Shown: piece after piece, positions 34,701-48,692 of the stretch
Numbering within the stretch: position 1 is the first letter of the stretch
Layout: each line of letters begins with the position of its first letter
NCBI GenBank assembly: GCA_964270895.1
Contig: OZ185450.1
Source of the DNA: Podarcis filfolensis
Lineage: Eukaryota
DNA: 64,000 nucleotides
Strand: one strand, 5' to 3'
Translations under genes and position numbers: made by a program
Notes under the pieces: model-generated
The model's database searches: none
What the model saw: the letters and a program-made list of their open reading frames with translations, nothing else
What the model was told of the DNA's origin: nothing

Positions 34701-37700
34701 GTTGACTGAAAGGAGGTGCAGAAAAGTACAGCATAACAGAGGATTGGAGGAGACAAGCCCCCTTCATGTCTGAATTGTGGGAGGGGGCAACATGTCTTGG
34801 AAGGGGCTGCACTGCATCCCAGGTCACCAAGTTTGGCCCTCACATTCACACCATAGGTGAGAGTATCTGCAGGGGAAATGCCTCTATGTGAGCTGGAACC
34901 TTGGTAATACCCAGCAGAGCTCTAGACACAGACATCCACATCTAATGCATGAATGCTGAAACCCTTGGAGGCAGAGCCCTGCAGGCCTTTTCTGGCTATA
35001 GTCTACTTGGTTGGAAAAAAGGCTTAGGGGAAACAAAAACAGCAGAAGGGGCGTGATGGAAGTTTATACAACCTTGAGTGGTGCAGAAAGCACGAAAGGG
35101 GGAAGTATTTGTTTTCATGGCCCAAAATAACAGTTAGCAGTCAAGACACAGGCAAGGTAGTAATTCTTCGCATCATGCATGTAAAACTCTAGGCAAAAAC
35201 TGCTTTAAGGAATAAACACAAGGAGAGGTCCACAGTGAATGGCTCTTACGGAGGGTCCTTCCCGGTTGATATGGAGCAAGGGCCACAAGTGAGGCCACAG
35301 AGAAGGGCAGCCAGTGCTGTGCAAGCTTGACCAATGACCTGGCTCAGGTTAGGCAGATACAGATGTTCCTATGGACCCCCTCCTGCCCGGAACATACTCT
35401 CTCACACATGCTGGCAATTAGCAAGGCAGAGTGGTAGCCATTGCCATATGGGTTCTGCTCATGTTATGGGTTCCTCTGTGATATCCATTACAAGACAGAA
35501 TATCAAACATTTGGTTGGAACCTTTGGCTTGTCACCCTCTCTCCCTCTCCCCACTTCCTCCCCCCCCCACCTGCCACTACATTTCTAATGCTGCTTTTCT
35601 TCTAGAAACACTAGGAAGAATATTGTGCTTTCAAGTCCAACAGCACCACTCTGAACAGCCAGAATTGAGGTACATTTGTATGGTTCATAGAAGGAGAGGG
35701 AGGCCCACCTGTCTATAACGCAGCAAATGGCTGGATGTCCTGGAATTTAGTAGGGCTGTTAGAACCTGCTTCAAAGAAAGCTGCAGCTCTTTCTCCAGTG
35801 CTAGCCGCCATTCAGCAGGAGGTTGTTCTGTGCAGTTAATGCAGGTGTAAGCCACACTCTCCGGCAGGTTGGAGAGGATCTCGTACATCTCATCTGAAGG
35901 TAGACAGGGCAAGCATTAGGGGCAGAGGGCAAGCCTCGGGAGGGTAAAAGTGTCAGATCTGTGGGGAATCTGGCAGCATGGTAGGCGGTTACATTGTGCA
36001 AAGGGGCTCAGCTGTAGGGATTCCAATGCCTGTCTTGGGAAGTGATTCAACAGGGAGAGTGTCTTTCTGCACACTCTCAGGAACCCACAGCACAACTGTG
36101 GTTCCGAAGTCCACAGCTAAGCACGATTAGCTCAGGATATTCACCTCCTTGGCTTCTGCACCCTAGTCTAAGAAGAAACAACCCACCCATTAGACCAAGA
36201 TGAAACTGCAAAAAGGATCTCAAGCACAAGGTTCCTAGTTGTAAATGTTCATCCTACTCCTCCATATATGTAGGGTTGGAAGCAGTCCTCACCGGAGAGG
36301 TTTTCACACTTGGAGTGGACCCAGCGGTCACATTTCCCACACTGCATCATTTTGCTCTCATAGTCATCGTCATCGTAGCATTTGTCACAGACGGGGCAGA
36401 AGTTCCCTACAAGCAAAACAGAGAGGCGGTCCAGATTTCCCACCATCAGTATACAAAGCCAAACACTCAGGGCTGGCTAGCGGTCAGGTGACTCCACACA
36501 AAGGGCAAGGATGGCTATCAGTCACTGCCACTGTTAACAGCCAGCAGCAAGTACTATACTTGCCCCCTTTCAGTGTGAAGGTGCTCCCTGCTGCCGTCCC
36601 CCGCTTCCCTAGAGGAAGTACTGAAATTTAGCAAAGCAAGGGCTGCATCTGCACATGGAACTGCAGCTGCCAGCATTTCCTAGGCCATTCAGCATGATAC
36701 AGCATACTTCCGCAGCAGACCAGACCTATCATGCACCCAGTCTCTCCACACCTTTAGCGAAGAGTTTGGCACAATCGTGACACAGAGAGAAGTCGTGAGA
36801 CCATTGGGCATCCCACCCTTTGCCTGGCGTTGTCGCTCCACAGCTCTTGCAGCGGACACATTTCGTGCAGATCTGGAAAGACAGACAAGGAATAAAGGGC
36901 TGCACAGCCTCTCTCTGGGATCATAGGATTCAGTCATAGCAGGCACCAAAGATGCTTCCCTCTACAGGTGAGCCATGGAACAGAAAACCATGCCTCAGCC
37001 TGCCTCTTTTGCAATGGCCAGTTGATGGGGTTGCCATATCCAGCAGTTTATGATTCAGACCGATTTTATTGAATATCCTTGTAAACAATGGACCACTTTC
37101 AACATCAGGCTAAGACACCTGGCAGTCTGATTTTAATAAGAGGGGAAGGTATCCCTGCCTACAAGTGTCCCCACAATGCAACAGAACTCACCCAAACCTT
37201 CTTTTTCTTCGTAGGTTTTGTTGGGTAATTTGGTCCCAGGCACTCTGGGTGATAGCTGTTTCGGCACTTGTTACACTCCAGCAACTGCTATGGAAACATG
37301 GAAAACAGCAGCAAGTCAAGCCTAGACGCTCCAGTAGTTGCTTTAGACCAGAGCTTTCCAAACTGTGTGTCATGACACATTAGTGTGTCAGCTGCAGTGT
37401 GTAGGTGTGTTGTACGAACACTCCCCATGCTTTTCCCGGGGCTGGAAAGGGGATTTTTTAACCTCCAGTTTGCTAGTAAAACTGAATTACTATGTTGCAA
37501 AATGATGTATGTCTAAAAAGTGTGTCACCAACATGAAAAGTTTGGAAAGCTCTGCTTTAGACATTTGATGACTCCTAGTTCAACATAAGGAAGCTGTGTT
37601 GGGGAAACTGAGCATCCCCGGCGGCCATCCCTTGCGATGCCACAAACCCCACATTCCAGAGGGACAAAAGGAGACAGGCAAGCTCATCAAGGGACTCGAC

Positions 37701-40700
37701 TACCTTGGTGGCCTGATGCTGCCTCCCACACACATGGCAGAACTTGCAGCGACGACAGCACCAGTTTTCCAACTGGTCCTCCAGGGGGCGCTCACTGTCC
37801 TCCAAACAGAACTTGTGGAAAGGCTCACAGCACACCTGGCAATACACAAACTACAAGGGAAGGGGCAAGTCAGCAGGTCAGCCGCATCCTGCAGCAGTTG
37901 TGCACTTCAACTATTTGCCCACCAGTTTGCCCCAGATGGCTGGTTCCAGAGGGAGAGGGAGGAGGAGGAGGAGAAAGTCTTTGGTCACCCCACCCTCATG
38001 GTTTGGCCCCCAGTTTCACATAAGTTGCTTCAAAGAGGCTTAGAGAGCCCTCTTCCACCACCAAGTTCTGCACCATTTGTCTGTGGGCTGTTTTATCTCC
38101 AGAGCCCCTCTGCAAGAGCAGCATGTATTAGTGAAGCTACAAAAGGTCAACTGGTGCCTAGAGACATAAGTGCTTATCTGACACCACACCTCCTGCTTTG
38201 AGAGGCAGGTAAAGCAGCATTTCAAATGGTAGTTGAAGCTGCAGCTCTAACTGATGGCCTTTATCAGGATTCAATTCCAGCTTCAGATTTACTTTAGTTT
38301 TAGATAGCTGAAATAATATCACACACACACATACACCAAACAGCTTGGTGTGGACTGTCCCTGTGGGACCTCACCCTTACCTCCACATGCCCACTGCTGG
38401 CACAGAGGAAGCAGACCACCCTGGGAGTTATCGGGACAGAGGTCAGGATACCCAAACCGCCCATTTCCCAAACGTTCTCAGCCTCACAGTCCTCCTAAAA
38501 AACACAAAAGGAAGAACATGGAAAGGGAATTATCCTTACACCAGGCCCAGGGGTGGTGGAAATGACAAGAACTGGAGCAAAGCACGAAGATCCTGTACAC
38601 ATCACTATGAAAATGTTTTGTTTGCCAAAGCTTTTGTTACATACAAAGGAATGTGCTGGATGGAGTTACTTAACCTCGGTTCTCTCCACACCAGTGATAC
38701 ATACCTAGACATCTTCTAAAGGGCATGTGGCAGCAGTATATGCATGCCGATGTACTGCCTAACTAATGCTGTTGCTAACAATAAAGACTCTCCTAGGGTA
38801 TTAAGAGCCTCAGGAGGCTGCCTCGGTTTACGGAAACTGCTGGTATTCCCTTTTGTATTCATCACTCTTTCTCATCCTCCTGTGTGCTATCTTAAGAAGC
38901 AACAGGCTCTACAGAAAACTAAACAACTTTCACCAGAACAGGTCTTTGTAGAAAGAGATGTCGCCACATCCTACAAACCCCCAAGGCCAGGTTTCTGGCG
39001 GAGAAAGGCAGGGGCACCTCCCCAAACCACCCTGTTACCTTGAAGTCTACTCGGATCCTGTGGACTCCATCTATGAGGGGTTTCTGTTTGGAGCTGTTCC
39101 CATTTGATAAAGTGCTCAACAGGTTGAGGGTACCATTATCTGGCTTGCTGACTGGGGGTGGTCTCTCCTGGTGAAAGAGGGCAAAAAAATGGCATTTTCT
39201 TTGCTCAAGCAGCAGAAGGAAAACCAACATTCAATATATATGCAGTTACTTATGGGCTGGAATCTAAGGAGGACTCTCTTCTTTCACATTTTGCAAAGCA
39301 AAGAGCAACAGGGGTTTCAGAAACTGGAAAGCAAAATCTGAAATTTTGAACTGGTCAGTCTTGTTTTGAAAGCAAACTCAATCCAGTAGGTATCCACCCC
39401 CAGACATGAATTGGAATCTATTAGTGTTAAAAGGTGCACGGCCTTGTCTTTTCTGGAGGGGAAGGCCATTCCATGCACAAACTATTGGCGGGGGGGGGGG
39501 CGGAGAGAAGAAATAAAAAACCATAGTGAGAAGCATCATCATCTGCACACCAACCTGACCTTTGGAGAGTCAAGCAAAAGGACCCCTAAGAGCCTAGAGC
39601 CACTGTAAAAGCAGCCCATCTGTAGGTGGTGCCATCACAGGGTCAGAACTTGTACCAAAGGGCATCCTCAACTTGTGCTGTCTTCATGGGCTCTCTAAAA
39701 GCCAGGAGAGCTACATGCAAGGAACCAACTATGAAAAAAGCTCTTTCTGTTCACTGGAGACATAGAGCAACTTGCAGGTTACCTTTTCTTTTGGCTTCTG
39801 TTTCACTGGTAAGCTTGGACGAGGAGTTACTTTCTTCTGTCTGCTTTGCTCGATCCCTAGGAAAAGTACAAATGCAGTTTGTTAAAAGCCAAGAGTTGCT
39901 TCTAGCAGTCAAACAGAATTTGGGGACTTAAGGAGACAACAGCAACCTCTTAAGACACTGTTGTGGAAAGCTGAAAACAAAACACAGTGAACTAGCAATT
40001 CCAATTTGTTAGGGAGGAGTGGGCACTATAGGATTTCCTGCAGCTCACCACACACTTGCTAACCTGCCCAGGTGTGTCCAAGGCTGCTCTTTCCTGACCC
40101 ACTTAAGAGCCCAATTAGTACAGCAGATGTGTTCACATCTCTTCCATGAAGTCCAGAGGTGGACTGCTTGACTTTGCAGAGGCAGCTAACAACTACCTTT
40201 GCTGCAATTGAATACCTACCCACTTCTGGTGGTGGAGCTGCCTTCTTCTTGGGCTCAGCAGGGATGGTTTTGGGGGCTTCCTTTTTTGGTGGGCCTGTAC
40301 TAGGCGGTGGGGTGGGAGGCACCTGCGTGGGGGGCGGTGCCTGCTGCTTGCCAGCCTTCCGGGCTGCAGGGGGAGGGGCCTGCTTGGTGTCTGGGGGAGG
40401 CGGAGTCAGTGGTGGTGGGCCCTCCTCACTCTTCTCCTCACTGGGCTTCCGGGCAGGTTCACTGCCCCTTTTGGAGGCATGATCCTCTTTCGCCAAGGTG
40501 AGCTGAGGAGCAGCTGCTTTCTGTCCAGCCTCTGGCTGGCTCTTCCCAGCATGGATCTCTTTCTTTTCACTGGACTTGGATTTCTTCTCTTTCTTTTTCA
40601 CAGCTGTAAAGCAAAAGCAGCACCTGAGATGCAATGACCGATAGCGCAGCCTATGGCACTGGCCTCCCCCAAGTGACCAACAGCCAGAGGGGAGGGTGGT

Positions 40701-43700
40701 GCCTAAGGAGGATACGCCAGCCTGCCCACGGCCTCACTGCCTAGATGGAGCTGAGGCTGAAGCAAAGACTCTGCAGCTGTTAACTATGCCTTTCTCTCCC
40801 CATCACAATAAAAATAAGGAAAAAAAGGCACCTACCTTTGGCTTGCTTCTGGAGATAGGCTTTTGATGGCATCCACTGCAAATTCTGACACTTCCTCATC
40901 CTAGGGGGGAATAAAGGAAGGAGATGGCAAGATGCCTCACCCAACACAAACAAGCCTTTGGATTCCCAGGCATGTTGCAGGCTGCTGCATCTCAAGTGGA
41001 AAGATATCTGCTTTGGAGCCATGCCAAAGTTCGAGATCAATGGCAGACCAATCTGGCTAAAAGGATGAGAAAGATCGCCCCAGCAGCACCAACTCTGCTG
41101 TGTCAGCCTTACTTCTATGCCGAAAAGCAACTACTTTTGAAACATCTTCAAAAAGCCTTACTTTCAAGATGCGAAGAAGATAACTGTTCTCCCTCTTTGT
41201 TTAAAATCTGAAACCTTGCTCTGAGGTTTGGCCAAGCCACTGTGAGGAAGGCTGCTCAGAGGAAGCATGCTGTGGCACATATTCACCAAAGGGATCAACT
41301 CTCCACACTACACTTTAGTTTTCACGTTCAGCAGAATACACAGCAGGGTCAACCCAAAACCTGAAAAGGCTGAAGAAAAGAGGAGGTAGATCTCTCCACT
41401 GCCCCACCCAACCCTGTCCATTTCCCTGCCACTCTCTTGAGAGCCCCCAACTGCCACTTTGAACTCCAAGAGGAAGAAAAGGCAGCAGCCAAGCTCAGAG
41501 GATGACAGTCACTAGTCTTCTGCTCCTTAGCTCTTCTCTGATGCAAGTGAAAGGATCTTCCTATGGCTAAATATTTTATAGGAAGACAGGGTAGAAGCAC
41601 CACAAACCAACAACGGAGGGCCTTATTCCCAGAGCAACAGGAGGGCAGGGGCGGGCTTCACACCCACACACTTACTTGCAGCACTGCTTCTTGATGTTCC
41701 GCCCACCAAACTTTGGCTTATCCAGGCAATTTGTGCAGACACCACAGTCCTCTGGGACCTGGCAGCCTGGGCACTGCCCACAGCGCCTTGACCGCCGGCC
41801 TTTCTTCACAGGGGGCTCCTGGGGGGCCTTGTTTCTGGTAACTGGCTTGATAGGTTTGATGGGAGGTGCAAGGGGCTCGGCATCTTCTGAACCTGCAACC
41901 GAGGACTTGTCTGTGAAATGAAAGACCAGCTATTAATTCAGCAATCAATAAAGGAGAAGTGAGTCCTCAACAGAACTGACTTTGCTGGCCATTGCTGGTT
42001 TCTCAGAACAGCTTCACAGCGGGGCCCATCCAGATTTCCTACAAACACAACTCCTTCATCCTACAGCCTCGCATACCTTCCCCTGCCACCGATGCACCCT
42101 TGGAGAAAACAGCACCCTTCAGCATAAATTCAGACACTTACCATCGTTCCCCATGGAAGACAGTATCTTCTCTCGTTCTTCCCATGGTAAGGCACTCAGA
42201 GTGGGCATGTCATCTGGAAAGACGGCTCGCTTGCGGCCTAGTGCTACAGCTGCCCTTCTGCAAACATGCTTTATGCGTGGCCCTCGCACGGAGGTCTCTG
42301 AAGAATCACTCTCTTGACCCTAAATTCCAAGCAGGGCAAGAACACAGGAAAAGGCTGTTAAGACACAATCAACCATCCCACAGGGAGCGATTCAAGTTCA
42401 AAAGCAAAAAGCAGTTTGTCCAGCAGAAGGTTAAAGACCTCTGAACCTTCTCTAAATGTGTTTTCAAATGGAGGACACAGCAGAAATCAAAAGTAGTTTC
42501 CCCCCCCCCAATGAACAGTAACCTTTTAAGTGTAAAAATACTTAACTAAGGCCAAGACTTGCAAAGAAAGGAACAATTCCTGCCACTACTTACATAAAAT
42601 GCATCAAACAGCTAGTTATGTACCTCATGCGTGACCAAAAGCCCACCAAATCCTACACCTGTTAGAAAAGTGCAACAGCTTTGGGGAGACATCTGGTAAC
42701 TGCCATCCCTTGGCTGCTGTGTATTTGTTTGTATGTGCGTGTGTGTATATGTCTGGCCAGGGTGGGTTGAGATTGTCTTTGGTAAAAGGTAAGTGGAAGC
42801 ATGAATAATAATAATTTATTATTTATACCCCGCCCATCTGACTGAGTTTCCCCAGCCACTCTGGGCGGCTCCCAATCGAGTGTTAAAAACAATACAGCAT
42901 GAAGGTAAAAGGCTGCAGTGAGAAAACTCTCACCAGTAATTCAAAAAGGAAGGCGCCATTGCTTTCCCTTGGGATGGGCAAGACATGATATCAAGGCAAC
43001 AGGAAGCTTCAAAAAGACACCTCAGTAGGAACTGTGACTCCAAAGCAGAGGCAGCTAAATGATGATCTGAGGTCACGCTCTGGTTTGCTTACAGGGACCT
43101 AGAAACCTGAGACACTGCACCCTACTCAGGCCACTTATGCCAAGAGCTTTGGCCTCCCTCTCATGGTGCCAGCCAGGCACCGCATGGCCTTCTATTGTCA
43201 TAGTTATTTCCCTTCGTGTGCTACCTCTTTTTCAAACCACTACTTTGGGGGTAAATACCTGTCCTTTTGGCTGATCCACCTGCTTCAGGGACTTGCTCTT
43301 CTCAATCTTATACAGCTGGGCTTTTGCTTTCTTGAGGAGGCTGGCCACCCTCTTGTCAGTCATTGGAAGTTTGTCTGCATGAGCCAGCACTGAGCTGATG
43401 GAGGAATGTTTCACAATGTTGACTGAAGCAGCAGCTGGGAGACGCAGGGATTCTTCCTTTTCCATGGAAGGAGCAGCCAATCCAAGTTCCAGACTGGATT
43501 TCTCTAACCCCCCTCGGCCTTTCTTGGGCAGTTTGGTCTTGATGATGGCTGCTGCTGAGTCTACAAGAACCACAGCAGGCACATCTGCTGCTGGATCAGC
43601 AGTCGCTGATTTCTTCCGGCCTGCAGTTTTTTTGGCAGAAGAGGAAATGGCTACATCTTCACGGACAACTTTTCCTTTGGAAACTCGAGTCAGTGGGAAC

Positions 43701-46700
43701 AAAGTTGAGCTGCTCTGAATCTCTGGAGCCTTTTTCCTTTTCTCTTTCCTGGACTCCCGCTTATTCTCTTTCTCCCTCTCTCTATCCCTCTCTCTGCTCT
43801 TCTCCTTCTCAAGACCTTTGTCACTTTCTTTATCTTTGGATGGTTCCTCACTGGAGGCTTTGTCTCTGTTCTTGCCCCTCTCCGTTTGGGGACTTGTTGT
43901 GAACCATGGAAAGAGGGGAGTGGGGCTCCCGGATGAGAAAGGCTCAGCCGGAATGCTTGCCTGCTTCCTCGGTCTCTGGCTTTTCTCTGCCGACTCCCCA
44001 GGATGGGAGAGAGAATGGGAAGGAAAAGTAAAAGTGGAGTTTAAGGCACTGGTGGTAAGGGAACCCACAGGAATGCTTGTCAGCGAGGAAGAAACTGATG
44101 AGGATGGAGTGAGAGTGGACAGGTCAGAGGTGCTTAGTCTTCCACTTCTCGTCCTCATGGAGTGCGAAGGAGATCTGGGTTCTGATCGAATTGGGCTGAA
44201 CCCTCTCTTCTTCCGTTTCTTCGAAGAGGATGCTGCTGCAGTGCTTCCTGCTGCCGATCGACTAACTGAAGAAGGCAAAGTTACAGACTCAAAGATGCGT
44301 GAGTGGGCCTCACTTGGGGTGAACCTTGGAGCTCGTAGCAAGGGGCTCCTTTTGTGTAGGTCAAATCTTGTTCCAGAGTGAAGAGGAGAAAACAAGCGGG
44401 CTGGAGCTGCAGCTCCAGGCGTTGAAAACCCAGAGGCAAAGCCGACATCCTCAGGGGTCAGCGGAGGAGGCCTGAAGTTATCAAAGATGGGCTTGCGGAT
44501 GAGACCTTCTTTGGCATACTTGGCTGAGGAAAAGTACTGGGGTTCGGACCTAGAGTGCTTTAGAGAGGTCCAACGGAATGTTGGCTCTCGAAGAATCGAC
44601 TTCCGCTTTTCTTGCATGGGAGCAGCTGAGGAGGGCAGAAAGGGCGATGCCAAAGGGATGGTGGGGGGCATAAGCCAAGGGGCATGGTCTGAAATGCCGG
44701 CAGCTGGCTGGAGTGGTGGCGGTGGGGTGAGAAGCGGTGGTGGAGGAGAGGAAGACGATGACTGCTGCTGCTGGGACACACTTTGGAGGCTGGGCAGTTT
44801 TTTAGCTGCTTTGGGCACAAAATTTCTCTCTGCCATAGAAAACCTCCTCCTCCTCCTCTCGCCACTCTCGTTATCAGGGGAAGGGGATGTGGGCAACGGA
44901 GGGTGAACTTCTGGAGTATTGCTGCGTTCTTCAGATAAGGCCTGCATCTCTTCAGAGGCCTGAGAATCTGTGGATGTGTCAACACTGGGACTGCTGGACC
45001 GTGAGGAATCTGAAGACACCTGAGAGGAGTGCTGAGAGGCGCCGCTAGACTTCTCACTGGACCCACAAGAGGGAGCACTGAAGCGGCTATTTGGTGTGGA
45101 TTCCGGACGGGCTATTTTGATTGGTGGATCATAGTCTTCATCTTCAATGAAGCGCTTGGGAGTTTTAATGATCCGCGAAGAGATCGCACTCACCACTGGC
45201 ATAATGAACTGCCGGATGTTTTTGAGCTGCGTCCTCCCCTTCCGGCCTTGAAGCTTTGCTGCTTCTTTCTCGATCTTCTTCTGGGCCCCCTTTTTAGCCC
45301 TCTGCAAGAGTTGCTTGGCAATCGTGGCATCCGTCCTCTTGGAGGAAGGGATGATCCTCACAGGCCTGCGGGGGCTCTGCCTCACAGCTGGCTTCTCATC
45401 CTTCGACAGGGGCGAGACTCCATCTTTCTCCTTTCGCACCTTCTGGGCCTTCTCTAACGGAGAACTCACAACTAGAGCTGGTGCAGTCTTCAAGCGATCG
45501 GAAGATGGTGGCCTTCCTCTCCTGCGTACAATCTGAACCCCTTTTCTTCCAATCTGGAGCTTTCCAGATTTGAATTTAGACTTCAGTGGAGAGAGTTTTC
45601 CTGCTCTTAGTTTCTTAATTTTTGCAGCATGCTGAAATGTAGTGGAAGGTGCTCGCTTTATTTTCTTTATATTCTCTTTTTCCTCCTTGCCTCCTTTCTG
45701 AGCATCTGGAATGACCTCTTTGCGGGTGATCTTGAACTTCACACTGCTAAGTGCAGGAGGCCTCCCTCGTCGCTTTTCTGCACTTTTCAATTCTTTCCTC
45801 TTTAATTTTTCCATGGAGATGGGTTCTGGTTTGCTTGAAGGTGAAGACACAGGTGAGGACTCTGAGAGCACAACTGAACTTCGGTCTGAGCTGTTTCGGG
45901 GTCTCCCACGAGGTTTGCGTGCGCTAGGCTTGACTGAGGCTGCAGGTAAAGTGAAGGAAGGGGAAAGAAAGTGCACATTCAGCTTCTCTGCAAGATGGGA
46001 ATAAGTGTGTGCATTTCAAAGTCACATGGTATGCAAACAGGCTATTGAAAACAAAGAAAACAAAAGTATTTAAACAAGCATTATACATAATGCTTGTTAA
46101 CTGTTGGAACCAATAGCTTCTGCTACAGGAAAAGGATTTCTCTCCAGTTGACTGTTAAAGTACTTAAGTTTTCCCTACCATGAAAGCTAGTAGCTCTGGA
46201 GATTTGCTGGTCAGTTCCACTTGTTTCTTTCCAAAAATGTAGACTAAGGATAGTATTCAGGATAAACCAAATTGAAAGCCCACTATGTATTGTTGCATTG
46301 TTTACTTTTAAAACGTTGCTCATGTTAAAGACAAATGAGAGGTATTATACAATATGCACTTGATTTGACACCTATTTAAGTACTCAACCCATCAATCCTT
46401 GCAAGCCAAAGGCCCCCCCCCATCCCTGTAGCAGAGCTTAGTCACATCCCTACCGATAAGGTGGAGAGAGATAACATGCGTTACCTCAATGGTTTGTGGC
46501 ACTAGTGCAGTCTTCAGACCAGGCCCATGTAGACCGTTTTAAGAAAAAACTCCCATGAACCTGACAAGACAGTAGCAAACTGAACATACCTGTGGGAGAT
46601 TTGGTGGGACTTTGTCCTTTGGCCTCATCATCTGAACCAAAGCCTATGAACTGCTCATCCTGCAAAAGAGAGAGAGAGAGGCAGTTTAATAGACTAGAAA

Positions 46701-48653
46701 TATCTACAGCAATGCTGATTGCTTGGTCCCAGGTAAGTGGAGGATGAAAATAAGTAGTAAAAAGCCCCATGGGGGGGGGGGTTGCTAGAGTACCACCAAT
46801 GTAAGGCTATCAGTGGCTACTAGTCATGATGGCTGTAGACTAGTTCCAGTATAGGAATCAGCATACTTTTGAATACTAGTGTCTGGGCAGCTGAAGAAGG
46901 GAGAGTGCTCCTGCTGTGCTTATGTCCTGCTTCCTGATGGACTTCGCATAAGAATCTAGTTGGCCCCTGTGAGAATTGATGTTCTAGATGAGCCTTTGGT
47001 CTGATCCAGCTGCAGGGCTCTTTTTGTGTTCTTAATGCAAACTCAGCTATATATGATAATGAAACTGTGTCTTACAAACCACAAGGGAAATGCTAGATAA
47101 AATCTAGGACTGAAGGGCAGGACATGAAAACGCATGAATGAAACTGAAAAGCACCACACTGAGGCTGCCCTCTCTGGAAAGGCTATCTGACGATCACTGG
47201 CCTATGGCCACTTCTGCTGGATGGACCACATGGCAGCCACACTCCTCTTCTACAGTAACCACTTTTGCTCACCAGCACAGAACTAAATGATCAAACTCAC
47301 AGCCACAAGGTATGGTGTTGGCCATATCCTAAAAAGGATCATACAAACTCATTGAGAAGGGAAGGCTTATCAATAGCTACTAGTCAGGATGGCTAAAATG
47401 GGACCTCTGAGTCCCTGGATGCCAGATGCTGAGAAACAATTATGATGGAGGGGGTGGAGCTGCTCCTTGCATGTGGGTTCCCAGGAGCATCTGAATGACT
47501 GCCAGTTACTATTATGCCAGATCCAATTCTTGTGGCCTTAACCTGAAGCTAAAAGGACACCAGCCATCCCATCCTGCAGGTGCTAGTTCTTCCATATTTC
47601 AGGGGTGGGGGAACTCCTCTACTTGCCTGTGGCATTAAACACTGCCAAAAATGAGATAGGCCACCCAAGGTCAGCATGGCAGGGAAATCCCTGTACCAAC
47701 TGTGACAAGGATCCTACTTCCCCCAAGTGTAGCTCCCTAAGCAGGAAGTGGCAACTGTTCAATTATCTGAATGGAAAGAGGTGTGCTTTGGGACAAATGA
47801 GGCGGCTGACAAACCTTGCTGGCTCTGCTCATGTGTGTTCCCAGTTGCAGGCATTTTACTTGCCCCATAAACCTTAATGGAAGAATCAACTGCAGGATTC
47901 AAACTGGATGGGAAGAGTTCACCGCTGGCAACCATTCCAAGCAGAACACCATGCACAGGGTGAAGTGGCAGGAGGGTCCCCTCTACCTCAAGCAGAAAGA
48001 AGCCACTATGGCAGCAGGCCCCGGATAGCCTAAACTGGAAGTGCCATTCCTGCCTGCTAGGTCTGACAGGAGGAGGGCTGGAACTACACCCCCAATGAAA
48101 GAAAGAGAGGAGGCGGCACCTGTGGCAGCCTTTGACTCATACAGTGGTACCTCAGGTTACATATGCTTCAGGTTACAGACTCCGCTAACCCAGAAATAGT
48201 ACCTCGGGTTAAGAACTTTTCAGGATGAGAACAGAAATCGTGCTCCAGCGGCGTGGCAGCAGCAGGAGGCCCCATTAGCTAAAGTGGTGCTTCAGGTTAA
48301 GAACAGTTTCAGGTTAAGAACGGACCTCTGGAACGAATTAAGTACTTAACCCGAGGTACCACTGTATTCCAAGCTCTTTACAGCTATCAAGCCTGGAGGC
48401 TCATGGTGATCACTTAACTCAAGGTCATCCAGAGGACCAGCCTTCATTTTTGTGTGTGCACCCCTTCAGCATACTTTTTTGGGGTAAATGGAGTACCCTG
48501 GCTTTGCCCAGAACTACAGGTGTTGCTTCCAGTTCTCCATGTTTAACTACAGCAGGTCACCCTTGCAATCTGTTGTTCCCAGGGAATGCAGATCATTCCA
48601 TTGCCACCTAAAGGATTTTCCAGAATACAGCTCTGTGTATGTGCACAAACATA

Positions 48654-48692
<39 letters not shown>

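Noticed and set aside
43398-45457. Plus-strand ORFs of 100-190 aa antisense to KMT2A exon 3 (similar ones over exon 27)
   Set aside because: Shadows of Ser/Pro-rich coding sequence; no independent domain signal
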